Assembly: GCA_964486045.1 (NCBI GenBank)
Contig: CAZALK010000001.1
Location: forward strand, 488,242 to 552,241
Reading direction: 5' to 3'
Length of the DNA: 64,000 nucleotides
Source of the DNA: an uncultured archaeon
GTDB lineage: Archaea; Asgardarchaeota; Lokiarchaeia; Sigyniarchaeales; SOKP01
Translations under genes and position numbers: made by a program
The notes under the pieces: generated by a model
What the model saw: only the letters and a program-made list of their open reading frames with translations
Database searches by the model: none
What the model was told of the DNA's origin: nothing
Shown: positions 39,530-50,431 of the stretch, piece after piece
Layout: the number at the start of each line of letters is the position of its first letter
Position numbering within the stretch: the stretch's first letter is position 1

Positions 39530-40534
39530 ATGGAAAATACGCAATATAAATTACCCTCTGACGAACCTGAGCAATTATTGTTGAAATCGCAAGATAATAC
39601 TAATCCAAATTATGGATGTGAACCAAAAAAGAGGAGCATTGACCAATTACTGCAGTATGGAGTAGTAAATTTAGATAAACCAAGTGGTCCTACTAGCCAT
39701 GAAATTGTGTCATGGGTTCGAAAAATATTAGGAATCCCAAATGCGGGTCATGGGGGAACCTTAGATCCCAAGGTTACAGGTATTTTACCCTGTGCTCTTG
39801 GAAGAGCTACAAGGGTTTTATCAGCATTATTGAATGCCGGTAAGGAGTATGTCGGTATACTTTACTTACATTCTCCAGAAAAATTAACACGCATTGAAAA
39901 AATATTTAAATTATTCACAGGGAAAATATATCAAAGACCTCCATTAATATCATCTGTAGCAAGAAGACTAAGAGTTAGAGAAATATACTATAGTCAAGTT
40001 CTTGAGGTAAACAATAATCATGTTTTGTTTAGAATAGGATGTGAAGCAGGTACTTATATACGGAAATTTTGCTTCGATATTGGAGAAGCCCTTTGTTCAG
40101 GAGCTCATATGTTAGAACTTAGAAGAACAAGAGTAGGAAATTTTAATGAAAATTCTAACCTTGTTACACTCCAAAATTTAAAAGATGCACTTACAATTTA
40201 TCAAATGGAAAACAATGATTATTATTTGAGAAAACTTATACTACCTATGGAAAAAATAGTGTCGCATTTACCAAAAATTTATATTCGAGACACGGCAGTT
40301 GATGCAATTTGCCATGGAGCGGATTTAGCTTCAGCAGGTATATGTTACATTGATGCTAGAATCAAAAATAATTTCTTAGTTGCATTAATGACTATGAAAA
40401 AGGAATTAATCGGATTTGGCACTTCTTTAAAGAATGCTTTGCAAATGTATAAAGCCAAATCAGGAATTCTAGTAAAAACAAATAAGGTTTTTATGGAGAG
40501 AGGTATATACCCACGTTGGAATGAAAAAAAATAG
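39530..40534 (+). CDS. cbf5: H/ACA pseudouridine synthase Cbf5
   Basis: LDKPSGPTSH, GHGGTLDPKVTG, KEY, YQRPP, CEAGTYIR; PUA domain. Confidence 0.95.
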   Translation: MENTQYKLPSDEPEQLLLKSQDNTNPNYGCEPKKRSIDQLLQYGVVNLDKPSGPTSHEIVSWVRKILGIPNAGHGGTLDPKVTGILPCALGRATRVLSALLNAGKEYVGILYLHSPEKLTRIEKIFKLFTGKIYQRPPLISSVARRLRVREIYYSQVLEVNNNHVLFRIGCEAGTYIRKFCFDIGEALCSGAHMLELRRTRVGNFNENSNLVTLQNLKDALTIYQMENNDYYLRKLILPMEKIVSHLPKIYIRDTAVDAICHGADLASAGICYIDARIKNNFLVALMTMKKELIGFGTSLKNALQMYKAKSGILVKTNKVFMERGIYPRWNEKK

Positions 40535-40564
40535 AGAAAATATTCAAAAGTTTTTTTTTTTAAT

Positions 40565-41197
40565 ATGAATAATAAAAATGAACACTATTCTACTGAATTT
40601 CCCAATGTAAAAGTAAAAATCCTAACAATTTCAGAAAGTTTGAGAAGACATCTATATATTTTTAAAACCGTGACGGGAGTATTTTCTTTTAGTAAAATAG
40701 ATTTGGGTACGAAAATCTTAATCAAACATATGGTTATTCCTGAGGAGTCAAGTGTATTACTTGATTTAGGGTGTGGTTATGGACCCATTGGCATGGTTCT
40801 AGGGTATGAATCTCCAGAAAGCCTTGTATTTTTAGTGGACATTAATAAACATGCAATTTGGTGTGCAAAAGAAAATATCAAGATAAACTTACCGAATACT
40901 AGAAATATCCGAATATTCTCTGGCAATTATTTTGAACCTATAAAATCAAAGAATCTAAAATTTGATGGAATTTTCATGAATCCCCCTCTACGACAAGGAA
41001 GAAAAGAGTTTTTAAACATAATAAACAATATTCCTGATTATTTGAAACCAAAAGGATCTTTTCAATTTGTAATAAAAAAGAAAATGGGAGCACCTTATGT
41101 TTTAAATTATCTTAAAAATAAGATACCATCTTATAAAGTTGATATCTTATGTAAAAGAAGTGGATATTGGGTTTTTCGATATTTCCAAGAAAATTAA
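40565..41197 (+). CDS. RsmC-like class I SAM methyltransferase
   Basis: GVFS..KIDLGT, LDLGCGYGPIG, NPP. Confidence 0.88.
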   Translation: MNNKNEHYSTEFPNVKVKILTISESLRRHLYIFKTVTGVFSFSKIDLGTKILIKHMVIPEESSVLLDLGCGYGPIGMVLGYESPESLVFLVDINKHAIWCAKENIKINLPNTRNIRIFSGNYFEPIKSKNLKFDGIFMNPPLRQGRKEFLNIINNIPDYLKPKGSFQFVIKKKMGAPYVLNYLKNKIPSYKVDILCKRSGYWVFRYFQEN

Positions 41198-41305
41198 AAA
41201 TAATAATTATATTCGTTAATTTTTTGAAAATGATGAAAAATGGAAAAATTTTTTAGAATAGATTGATTTCAATAATTATAAATCGATTTATAAGAGGATT
41301 TTTCC

Positions 41306-41563
41306 TTGACTAAGAAGAAAAAAATTGATATCTTATTACATAAATTTGTCCCTCAACATCTTCTTTTAACTAAAGAAGAAACTGACCAACTCTTAGAAAG
41401 ATACAAAATAGATGTAACAGATTTACCTCAAATGTTTGAAAAGGATCCTGTTGCAATTGCTATAGGGGCAAAAGAAGGAGATATTGTAAAAATAATCCGA
41501 GATTCACATACAACAGTTAAGTATATTGACTATTATCGTTATGTGAAAAAGGAAAAAGCTTAA
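41306..41563 (+). CDS. rpoH: RNA polymerase subunit Rpo5 (H)
   Basis: HKFVPQH, LP....DPVA..IGAK.GDIVKIIR, YYR.V. Confidence 0.95.
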   Translation: MTKKKKIDILLHKFVPQHLLLTKEETDQLLERYKIDVTDLPQMFEKDPVAIAIGAKEGDIVKIIRDSHTTVKYIDYYRYVKKEKA

Positions 41564-41616
41564 TATGATTTTACAATAAAAATATTTATAAAATTCTTTA
41601 TATGGAATGATTAACA

Positions 41617-44600
41617 TTGAGTTCAGAAAAGTTATCAAATGAAGATAAATGGATTGTTTTAAAAAGTTTATTTGATGAAAAAGGTTTAGTTCGCCAGCAT
41701 TTAGATTCATATAATGGTTTCATTGAATACGAAATGCAAGCGATAGTTGATGAGTCAGGGGAAGTTATCCCTGATATTCCCGGTTTTAAAATAAAATTTG
41801 GCAAAATCAAGGTAGGAATGCCTAAAGTGAGAGAAGCCGATGGTGCTACTATGGAGATCACCCCTATTGAAGCAAGAATACGGGAATTGAGTTATGCCGC
41901 CGATATTATATTAGAAATGACCCCGATTACGATAGATGAACGAACACAGAGAGAAGAAGCTGAAGAAACTCTTGATATATACATTGGGAAAATCCCAATA
42001 ATGTTAAAAAGTTGCCGATGCCCATTAGAGAGTTTATCCGAACAAGAATTAATTAACAAGGGAGAGGATCCACTCGATCCTGGAGGATATTTCATTATAA
42101 ATGGGACAGAACGAGTGCTTGTAACCCAGGAAGATTTAGCACCTAATAGAATATTAGCAGAAGAAGCAAGTAGAAGCTCCAGTGCTACTCATCAAGCAAA
42201 AGTCTTCTCAACTAGGAGTGGTTTTAGAGCCCCTGTTACTATTGAGAGAAAAAAGGATGGTAACCTACGAGTTTCATTTCCTTCCGTTCCTGGTAAAATT
42301 CCTTTGGCCATTCTTATGAGAGCTTTAGGATTACACTCAGATAGAGAGATTTTTGAAGCGATATCTGAAAATGAGGAAATCCAAAAGGAACTAATACCAG
42401 TAATAGATGTTGCTTCAGAAATTCAAGTTCTCAAAGATCCCGAAAAATCCCAACAAAATGCTCTTGATTATATAGGAAAAAGGGTTGCGATTGGACAAAC
42501 AAAAGACTATCGTATTAGGAGAGCTCTTCAGGTTTTAGATAGGTATTTATTACCCCATATTGGCAACAATGAAGAAGATAGGATCAAGAAAGCATATTAT
42601 TTAGGCCAGATGGCACAAAAAGTAATGGAACTTGCTCAAGGATTAAGAGAACCAGATGATAAAGATCACTACGCGAATAAAAGATTAAAACTAGCAGGAG
42701 AATTATTTACCTCCCTATTTAGAGTCGCTTTTTTGAATCTTGTAAAAGATATTAAATATCAATTAGAGAGGACTGCAGTTCGAGGGAGAGCTCCAAACAT
42801 TAAAACTGCAGTTCGAGCGGATGTAATCACAGAGAGAATTAGACATGCGTTAGCAACTGGGAACTGGGTTGGAGGTAAAGCAGGTGTGAGTCAATTACTA
42901 AATAGGACTAACCATGTTGGAACATTAAGTCATTTAAGAAGAGTTATTTCTCCATTAAGTCGAAGTCAACCTCATTTTGAAGCGAGAGACTTGCACCCAA
43001 CTCAATGGGGGAAGATTTGTCCGGCAGAAACCCCTGAAGGACCAAACTGTGGTCTAGTTAAGAATCTTGGATTAGCCTCAATAATTTCTGTTGGAACTGA
43101 TGAGAGAATAATTGAAAATATTCTAATCGATTTAGGAGTCATCCCAATAAATGAAGTAAAGAATGTTAAAGGAGAAAAGGTAAAAGTATTTCTAAATGGA
43201 AAACTTGTTGGTGTTCATCAACAGCATAACCCTTTTATAAAACAACTTAGAGAAAAAAGAAGAAAAGGAGAAATAGGACAGCATGTAAACCTTGGATTTT
43301 ACTATGACTCAAAAGAGATTCAAATTAATTGTGATGCTGGAAGAGCTACGAGACCACTTTTTGTATTAAAAAATAAAAAACTATTGATTGTTAAGGATGA
43401 TATCGAAAAATTAAAACATGATAAATATAAATGGTCAGATTTAGTTTTAAAAGGTGTAATTGAATATTTAGACGCTGAAGAAGAAGAAAACGCGTATATA
43501 GCCATGTTTGAAGAAGATTTAACAGCAGAACATACTCATTTAGAAATCTCACCTGCTGCTATTCTTGGTATTTGCGCATCTATCATTCCTTTTCCAGAAC
43601 ATAATCAATCACCAAGAAATACTTATGAAGCCGGGATGGTTAAACAAGCTTTAGGCTTATTCGCCGCAAACATGCATCTAAGACTTGACACAAGAGGCCA
43701 TACATTACATTATCCTCAACAAGCATTAGTAAAAACAAGCCCAATGGAGATAATAGGAATCAATAAACGCCCAGCAGGACAGAATTTTATAATTGCGATG
43801 ATGAGTTTTGAAGGATTTAATATTGAAGATGCTATAATTATTAATAAAGCCTCAATTGAGAGAGGACTTGCTCGTAGCCACTTTTTTAGAACATATGATG
43901 CCGAGGAAAGGAAGTATCCGGGGGGAGAAGTTGATAAGTTTGAGATTCCTGAAAGAGGAGTTAGAGGATTTAAATCTGCAGAATCATATCGCCTTTTATC
44001 GGAAGAAGATGGAATAATTGAACCTGAAACCCAAGTAAATGGAGGAGATGTTCTAATTGGAAGAACTTCACCACCAAGATTTATTAAATCTTATGAAGAA
44101 TTTGAGCTCATGCAACCAAATAGAAGAGAAACCTCGAAGAATATGAGACATAATGAGAAAGGAATCGTAGATACAGTGATAATTTCCGAAACTGTTGATG
44201 GAAATAAATTAGTTAAGATTAAAGCAAGAGACTTAAGAATTCCAGAATTGGGAGATAAATTTTCTTCTCGTCATGGTCAAAAAGGAGTACTTGGATTAGT
44301 AGTAGAACAATCCGATATGCCATTCACCTCATCGGGTGTAATTCCGGATATTATAGTAAATCCACATGCGATGCCGTCAAGAATGACTTTAGGACAATTG
44401 TTTGAGGGTATAAGTGGTAAAATTGCGTGTGTTAACGGAAAACTAGGTGATGCTACCGCATTTGAATGGACAGACATTACAATACTTCAAGAGCATTTAG
44501 TGGATGCAGGATTTGAATTTAATGGGAGAGAGGTTATGTATAATGGGATAACTGGTGAAAAATATGAAGCTGGTATTTATTGTGCTCCCATATATTATCA

Positions 44601-44988
44601 GAAACTTTATCATTTAGTTGCTGATAAACTCCATGCTAGAGCTCGCGGACCTGTTCAAATATTAACTAGACAACCCACAGAAGGAAGGGCTAGAGAAGGA
44701 GGTTTAAGATTCGGTGAGATGGAGAGAGATTGCCTTGTCGGTCATGGTTCAGCTCTACTTCTAAAAGAAAGATTATTAGATGAATCGGATCGAACTGTAA
44801 TATTAGTTTGTGAAAAATGTGGACTTTTAGCTGTTTATGATAGAAATCGTGATAAACGTTACTGTCCTGTCTGTGGAGAAGGGACAATCATTTCAAAGGT
44901 GGTTTGTTCTTACGCGTTTAAATTACTATTGCAAGAAATGATGAGTTTAGGACTTGCTCCAAGACTTAAATTAAAAGAAAAAATATAA
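41617..44988 (+). CDS. rpoB: RNA polymerase subunit Rpo2 (B, unsplit)
   Basis: GGYFIING.ER, CPAETPEG, GDKFSSRHGQKG, RFGEMERD, C-terminal Zn ribbon. Confidence 0.98.
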   Translation: MSSEKLSNEDKWIVLKSLFDEKGLVRQHLDSYNGFIEYEMQAIVDESGEVIPDIPGFKIKFGKIKVGMPKVREADGATMEITPIEARIRELSYAADIILEMTPITIDERTQREEAEETLDIYIGKIPIMLKSCRCPLESLSEQELINKGEDPLDPGGYFIINGTERVLVTQEDLAPNRILAEEASRSSSATHQAKVFSTRSGFRAPVTIERKKDGNLRVSFPSVPGKIPLAILMRALGLHSDREIFEAISENEEIQKELIPVIDVASEIQVLKDPEKSQQNALDYIGKRVAIGQTKDYRIRRALQVLDRYLLPHIGNNEEDRIKKAYYLGQMAQKVMELAQGLREPDDKDHYANKRLKLAGELFTSLFRVAFLNLVKDIKYQLERTAVRGRAPNIKTAVRADVITERIRHALATGNWVGGKAGVSQLLNRTNHVGTLSHLRRVISPLSRSQPHFEARDLHPTQWGKICPAETPEGPNCGLVKNLGLASIISVGTDERIIENILIDLGVIPINEVKNVKGEKVKVFLNGKLVGVHQQHNPFIKQLREKRRKGEIGQHVNLGFYYDSKEIQINCDAGRATRPLFVLKNKKLLIVKDDIEKLKHDKYKWSDLVLKGVIEYLDAEEEENAYIAMFEEDLTAEHTHLEISPAAILGICASIIPFPEHNQSPRNTYEAGMVKQALGLFAANMHLRLDTRGHTLHYPQQALVKTSPMEIIGINKRPAGQNFIIAMMSFEGFNIEDAIIINKASIERGLARSHFFRTYDAEERKYPGGEVDKFEIPERGVRGFKSAESYRLLSEEDGIIEPETQVNGGDVLIGRTSPPRFIKSYEEFELMQPNRRETSKNMRHNEKGIVDTVIISETVDGNKLVKIKARDLRIPELGDKFSSRHGQKGVLGLVVEQSDMPFTSSGVIPDIIVNPHAMPSRMTLGQLFEGISGKIACVNGKLGDATAFEWTDITILQEHLVDAGFEFNGREVMYNGITGEKYEAGIYCAPIYYQKLYHLVADKLHARARGPVQILTRQPTEGRAREGGLRFGEMERDCLVGHGSALLLKERLLDESDRTVILVCEKCGLLAVYDRNRDKRYCPVCGEGTIISKVVCSYAFKLLLQEMMSLGLAPRLKLKEKI

Positions 44989-45123
44989 AACAATATTTTT
45001 TTTTTAAAATTCAAACACTACTGACTTATTTGCTTAAGAAATTTGAAATTTATTACAAAATTTCATACTTTATGATTAATAAAAAGAAAAAAATAAGTTA
45101 TAATTTTTAATTATTTACTATTA

Positions 45124-45549
45124 TTAATTTAATACGAATCCAAGAAAGTTAGCAAGTCCTGGTATCAGAGTATATAATAGGAATAAAACAAACAATGTGA
45201 GTAATGAAATCCATAACGCTTTATCCCAAGCAACGTCTAAAAGAAATTTAACAAGTACCAATATAATAAGAAAACCAATTATTGGTATTAAAAGTGTTAA
45301 ATAATTACCATCACTCCATGGGATATTATCAAAAACTCCAAATACAGAACCTATTGCACCTAAAACTAATGGAATCACAAGTACACATATGAAAGCCAAC
45401 AGAATAATTAAAAACTTTTTGTCTGAGGCTTTAGTCTTCGAAACAATAAGCAATACAGCAATATAAAGAATTAGTGTTACTATTACTGTTGCTAAAATGA
45501 GCCATAATACAAAAAAAAGTGGATCCCCTTGAAATAATTGAAATAACAT
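45124..45549 (-). CDS. Four-transmembrane membrane protein
   Basis: Four hydrophobic helices. Confidence 0.75.
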   Translation of the reverse strand: MLFQLFQGDPLFFVLWLILATVIVTLILYIAVLLIVSKTKASDKKFLIILLAFICVLVIPLVLGAIGSVFGVFDNIPWSDGNYLTLLIPIIGFLIILVLVKFLLDVAWDKALWISLLTLFVLFLLYTLIPGLANFLGFVLN

Positions 45550-45668
45550 TTTGCTCTCCTTTATTTTAATGAATTAACTTATGAAATTTTAATTATGAAA
45601 TGTAAGCTTTTCTTCTTTTTTAAATATTAAGTTTATAAAGTAAGTATTCCCACGTTTAGCTGAGAGAA

Positions 45669-45869
45669 TTAAATACCAAAATTTAGCAAGAAGAAGTGAA
45701 TGGAGAATCCGATAAATATCGCAGATATTAAAATATTAATAACTGATAGTCGAACGGATTTCTCTCTCCCATATCTAGTATAAATTACCAAAACTATTAA
45801 AGCGATTAATCCGATAAAAAGAAAAATCCACGCTAAAACCCATAATGTTAAAGAAGGAAATTCAGCCAT
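45669..45869 (-). CDS. Small two-transmembrane protein
   Basis: Two hydrophobic helices separated by YTRYGREKS. Confidence 0.65.
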   Translation of the reverse strand: MAEFPSLTLWVLAWIFLFIGLIALIVLVIYTRYGREKSVRLSVINILISAIFIGFSIHFFLLNFGI

Positions 45870-46022
45870 TTGCGGTAGTATATCAATTTTTTTTCTTGTA
45901 TTTTAAAGTTATGAATTATTTTTTTTTAATTTTATGATTAATAAAATTTAAAACTATTTTCTTTTGATATTTAATAAACAAAACTAATAATAATTTTCAA
46001 TAAAATTGCTTCAATAATAAAA

Positions 46023-46799
46023 ATGCATTTTCTTAAAAAATTAACAGAATCTCCAGTTTTGGAAGATCCAGCACAAAAACATATTGATGTTCATCGTCAT
46101 TTTTATCGATACTCAAAAGGAGAATTTATTGGCCCGGCGCTAAAAATAACAAAATCTAGTGCCCGTATAACTTTAAAGGGGAGTCACGAATATGAGGATC
46201 TAATTCTTGAAGTAGCTACTAACACTATTTCTGAAGATGATGTCGAAATAAAAGGGACTTTAATATCAGGGAGTGACATCAGTAATTTGATTACTAATTT
46301 AGGATTTGATTGGAATTTAAAAAAATCGACTGGGAAGACAAAGAATTATAAAGCAAATATTTTGAGTAAAACTAGTAAAGGAACACTTTTAGAAAGCATT
46401 GATGCTTTTAGAAAAACTAGTTATTATTTGATTTCTTTCAATCTAAATCCTTTATGTAAAGTAACGACAAAAAAGAAAATTCCTCAACCTTCTAAAAAAA
46501 AAGTAGAGGATGATGACCTAACCAAGAGAATCGGATTCTGCACTGGTATTATCAATAATAGCGAGAAGAACTTGAGTATGCTAACTAATTTAACTTTGCA
46601 TGACTTTGTGTCAGAAATTCCCCAAAAATGGAAAAAGATCATAATCTTGAATAATTATAAAATAACTGATATTATCCTACCTGACCATATAGATAATTGG
46701 GGATTAAAACGGATACTAGCAATTAGGAAAGGCAAACTCTTTCGTTCAATGGATATTGATGGTGAAGTATTAGAAAAACAATATTCCTTTTCCGTCTAA
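46023..46799 (+). CDS. Conserved archaeal hypothetical protein
   Basis: VHRHFYRYSKGEFIGPA N-terminus; 258 aa. Confidence 0.7.
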   Translation: MHFLKKLTESPVLEDPAQKHIDVHRHFYRYSKGEFIGPALKITKSSARITLKGSHEYEDLILEVATNTISEDDVEIKGTLISGSDISNLITNLGFDWNLKKSTGKTKNYKANILSKTSKGTLLESIDAFRKTSYYLISFNLNPLCKVTTKKKIPQPSKKKVEDDDLTKRIGFCTGIINNSEKNLSMLTNLTLHDFVSEIPQKWKKIIILNNYKITDIILPDHIDNWGLKRILAIRKGKLFRSMDIDGEVLEKQYSFSV

Positions 46800-46896
46800 T
46801 ATAGAATTATTAGTTTTCTTATTAATTTTTAAAAAAATTTAATTTCAATAAAAGATATTTATTTATCAATTTAAAACTATGAACTGAACGAGGTAA

Positions 46897-47478
46897 ATGT
46901 ACATTAAAGAATTAAATCCCCCGTTAAAAAGTCTTCTATACATAATTGGTGGGGAGATCGCGATTTATGTGGGAGTAGAACTCTTAAATTCTGAATCTAA
47001 AAACATAACCGATGAGGATATTACAGAAAATATTAAAGAAAAGATTGAAGGTAAGGATATTGATTTTGAACCCAACGATAAAGAAATTTTAAAATTAAAT
47101 TCCGTGCGAAAAACGCTCTATAAATTGTATTCTGAAAAATTAGCTCAATTTAGACGCATACGAGATAAATCTACGGGATGGTTTATTTATTACTGGTGGC
47201 ATGAATTCGATTTGCTCGAAGAAATTCTTATCGAAAAAAAAAAAAGGTTAGATGCCAAATTAAGAGAGAGATTAAGTTTTGAAGAGAATAATTATTTTTT
47301 CTATTGCACCTCTTGTCAAAATAAAAATAAAAAATATAATTTTGATGAAGCTTTTGAGCTTAACTTTAGATGCCCTGATTGTGGAAACCCCTTAGAAGCT
47401 CAAGATAACAAGAAAATTATTGATTTCTTAAAAAGTAGGATCGCTTTGAGTCAGAAAATCAAAATCTCAATAGATTAA
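46897..47478 (+). CDS. tfe: Transcription factor E alpha subunit
   Basis: TDE, LNSVRKTLYKLY, TGWFIYYW, C..C...FDEAFELNFRCPDCG. Confidence 0.93.
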   Translation: MYIKELNPPLKSLLYIIGGEIAIYVGVELLNSESKNITDEDITENIKEKIEGKDIDFEPNDKEILKLNSVRKTLYKLYSEKLAQFRRIRDKSTGWFIYYWWHEFDLLEEILIEKKKRLDAKLRERLSFEENNYFFYCTSCQNKNKKYNFDEAFELNFRCPDCGNPLEAQDNKKIIDFLKSRIALSQKIKISID

Positions 47479-47551
47479 ATGAGGGCAGTAAGGTTAAAAT
47501 TTTGTTGTTTATTTAAACATAAGAAATTATAAGTTAATTTTAAGTTATTTC

Positions 47552-49576
47552 ATGAATCGAAAAAATCGTCTTGGTACATGTACAAAAGATTGTTATGGGG
47601 CTTGTGTGTTTAATGGATTATGGAATGATGACGCTCAAGAAAAAAAGTTCTTGAGTGCTGACCCTTTAAGGACTCATCCTTTTACTAATGGATTTTTCTG
47701 TCCTAAGTATAAACGAAGACAAGATTTATTATATCATTCAAAACGCATAAAAAAACCATTACTTAGAAATGGAATAAAACCTAAAAATAGTTTTAAAATT
47801 ATCTCGTCTAACAGAGCATTAGACATAATAGTCAAAGAAGTAACAGAAATTAAAGAACATGGGGATCCAAAATCAATTATTGGCGCATTTTATTCTGGAA
47901 ATTCAGGATTAATATCAATGTATTCACCTCTTAGATTTTTTTCAAAGTTGGGAGCTACAATAACTAATGGCGGTATCTGCAATGAAGGAGGATGCGCAGG
48001 ATTAACAAAATTATTTGGTACGCATTCAGTGTCCAATCCCTTTCAAATAAATGATCCCGCTACTAGCTTAATTGTGGTTTGGGGGAGTAATCTTTCAGAG
48101 AGTAATATTCATGCCTACTTTTTGTTGAAACAAGCTATAAAAAATAAAACCAAGTTGGTAGTTATTGATTCTCGATTCACTCAAATCGCAAAGAAATCAG
48201 ATTGTTTTCTTCATATCTTCCCTGGAACTGAACATTTATTAGCTAAACTATTAATCAACGCGCTTTTTAAGCGGAATGAACACGATCTTAAATTCTTAAA
48301 AGAGAATGTTGATCATTATTTATCAATATTTTCAAAATTAGATGACTTAGATGAAAAAGCATTAATATCTCAAATTGGTATTAATTTTAACTTATATCAG
48401 GAGTTTGTTGATCTATTAGTTGAACATAAACATCATACACTATTCATGATCGGTTATGGAGTTCAGAAGGATTTTTATGGTGGAAGAATAGTTCAATCCA
48501 TAGTATCGATTCAAATCTTACTTGGAAATCTTGCCAAACGAGGAACGGGTATAATTTACTCTCAGAGTGACTTCATAAACCCTACTCTCAAGCCAATTTT
48601 AGAATATATTACTCAATCTACACTCCATTCTAGTTTAAATGAAATTCCTGTAATTAAACTTGGTGATGCTTTATCTTCCGGGGATTATAAAATATTATTT
48701 GTATACAATTTTAATCCAGCAAGCGCTCTACCTAATCAAAACGCATTCAGGGAAGCTCTTTTAATGAAAGATTTATTTGTAGTAGTATTAGATATGTTTT
48801 TAAACGAAACAACTAAATATGCCGATGTTGTAATTCCAGCAAAATTTGATCTAGAATTATATGATATAATCAAGCCATATTATATACCAAGTTTATCCAT
48901 AAACATTGGGGGGCCTTGTCCTTATCTAGATTGCATGTCGAATTATGAATTTTTTCAACAATTAGCCCAAAGAATTGGGTATGAAAATTCACCAGTTTTC
49001 AAAGAAACACAAGAGATAATATTCAATAAGTCTCTAGATCTGCTACCATCTACGATTAGTAATAATCTTCTTGCTAATGGTTATCATTTGTTATTTAGCC
49101 AAGAACAGATTCCCTTTAGTGATCTTGAATTTCCTACTCCAAATCACAAAATTCAAGTTAGAAATTTAAGTTTTGATTTTGGTAAAGATTTTTTATTTCT
49201 GAAATTAAACCGTAAATCAGATGAATTCATCTTAATTTCACCTTCCCACCCTCACCTTTTGCATTCTCAATTAGGTCGATTAAATACTAAATATTGTAAA
49301 GATTTTAACAAAATTTTTTTAACTCCTGAAGATATTGGCATACTGGAACTAAAAGTGGGAGATGATGTAGTAGTATCGAATGAGTATGGCTCTGACCATT
49401 ATAATCTAGCAGAATTCAAGACTTTAAAACCTGGAACTGCCCTTATTTATTCAGGGGGTGCTTCGCCTAATGAAGAAAGGCCGAATGTGAACCTCTTTAC
49501 CCCAGATGTTCCTGAGGAGTTAGGTCAATCAGGATCCTATTACTCTACTATAATCAAAGTTCGAAAAATAAACTAA
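47552..49576 (+). CDS. Molybdopterin-dependent oxidoreductase, DMSO reductase family
   Basis: CTKDCYGAC...FCPK Fe-S motif, WGSN, VVIDSR.T..AK, NETTKYADVVIPA. Confidence 0.88.
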   Translation: MNRKNRLGTCTKDCYGACVFNGLWNDDAQEKKFLSADPLRTHPFTNGFFCPKYKRRQDLLYHSKRIKKPLLRNGIKPKNSFKIISSNRALDIIVKEVTEIKEHGDPKSIIGAFYSGNSGLISMYSPLRFFSKLGATITNGGICNEGGCAGLTKLFGTHSVSNPFQINDPATSLIVVWGSNLSESNIHAYFLLKQAIKNKTKLVVIDSRFTQIAKKSDCFLHIFPGTEHLLAKLLINALFKRNEHDLKFLKENVDHYLSIFSKLDDLDEKALISQIGINFNLYQEFVDLLVEHKHHTLFMIGYGVQKDFYGGRIVQSIVSIQILLGNLAKRGTGIIYSQSDFINPTLKPILEYITQSTLHSSLNEIPVIKLGDALSSGDYKILFVYNFNPASALPNQNAFREALLMKDLFVVVLDMFLNETTKYADVVIPAKFDLELYDIIKPYYIPSLSINIGGPCPYLDCMSNYEFFQQLAQRIGYENSPVFKETQEIIFNKSLDLLPSTISNNLLANGYHLLFSQEQIPFSDLEFPTPNHKIQVRNLSFDFGKDFLFLKLNRKSDEFILISPSHPHLLHSQLGRLNTKYCKDFNKIFLTPEDIGILELKVGDDVVVSNEYGSDHYNLAEFKTLKPGTALIYSGGASPNEERPNVNLFTPDVPEELGQSGSYYSTIIKVRKIN

Positions 49577-49638
49577 AAAAAGAGAATGCATCAAAACTGA
49601 TATGTGGATTAACGGCATGTAATGAATATAATTTATAT

Positions 49639-50187
49639 TCATATATCTGAGTCTTTCCTCTTTTTTTTTATAAAAGCAATATCTCCTAAGGAACCTCCTG
49701 ATGATTTTTTCATGAATTTATTCTCTTGAATATTGAAACCCATCTCATCTGGTTTTGTTAATAATTGTATTTTGTAAATTTTTTGAATTTTTTTAGCGAG
49801 CTTGACCGTCGGTTCAGCTTTTCCATTTTCGATTCTTCTAATTAAGGATGGTTTTTCATTCAATTTCTGAGCAAACTGATCTTGGTTCAGACCAAGGCTA
49901 TTTCTAGCATTTCTAACTCTTTTAGCATAATCTGAAACAATTTCTAATTCTCCAATAGTCTGAGATTTAATTATGTGTCTTTTGGGTGCAGAATAAGGTT
50001 TTTTTTTAACTGGGTTCTTTCCATAAGTATAAGATGCTGGTTTATGGATTTTCGTTCCATGCTGAGCACAATTATGACAAACGGTAATTCTAGCACCCTC
50101 TAAGATAACTTTTTGACCTTTTCCCCAAATTAAGCTTCCACATATTTGGCATTCCTTATCATTCTCAACAGAGGTAGGTTTTGGCAT
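49639..50187 (-). CDS. mbf1: Archaeal multiprotein bridging factor 1
   Basis: CQICG..VCHNC Zn ribbon; HTH (LNQDQFAQKLNEKPSLIRRIENG); SLGD. Confidence 0.92.
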   Translation of the reverse strand: MPKPTSVENDKECQICGSLIWGKGQKVILEGARITVCHNCAQHGTKIHKPASYTYGKNPVKKKPYSAPKRHIIKSQTIGELEIVSDYAKRVRNARNSLGLNQDQFAQKLNEKPSLIRRIENGKAEPTVKLAKKIQKIYKIQLLTKPDEMGFNIQENKFMKKSSGGSLGDIAFIKKKRKDSDI

Positions 50188-50431
50188 TAGCTCATCTCGA
50201 GAGAAATTAATAAATGATTCTTCCTTTACTAAGAGATATTGACAGAGAACTCTTATAATTTATGGTTTTTATCCCATTATATATTATAATCAATAAATTT
50301 TTTAAAAATCATGATTTTTAACAAATAGAAGATAAGTAACCTTAAATTTATATGAATAAAAGTTTATTATAGATTTAAAGTACTTATACAAGATTTTATT
50401 TATAAATGAGAAAAGAAGGAGCATATGGTTT

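Noticed and set aside
39530-40534. Intron in cbf5, the known archaeal mRNA-intron host
   Set aside because: The ORF is continuous through GHGGTLDPKVTG with no insert.
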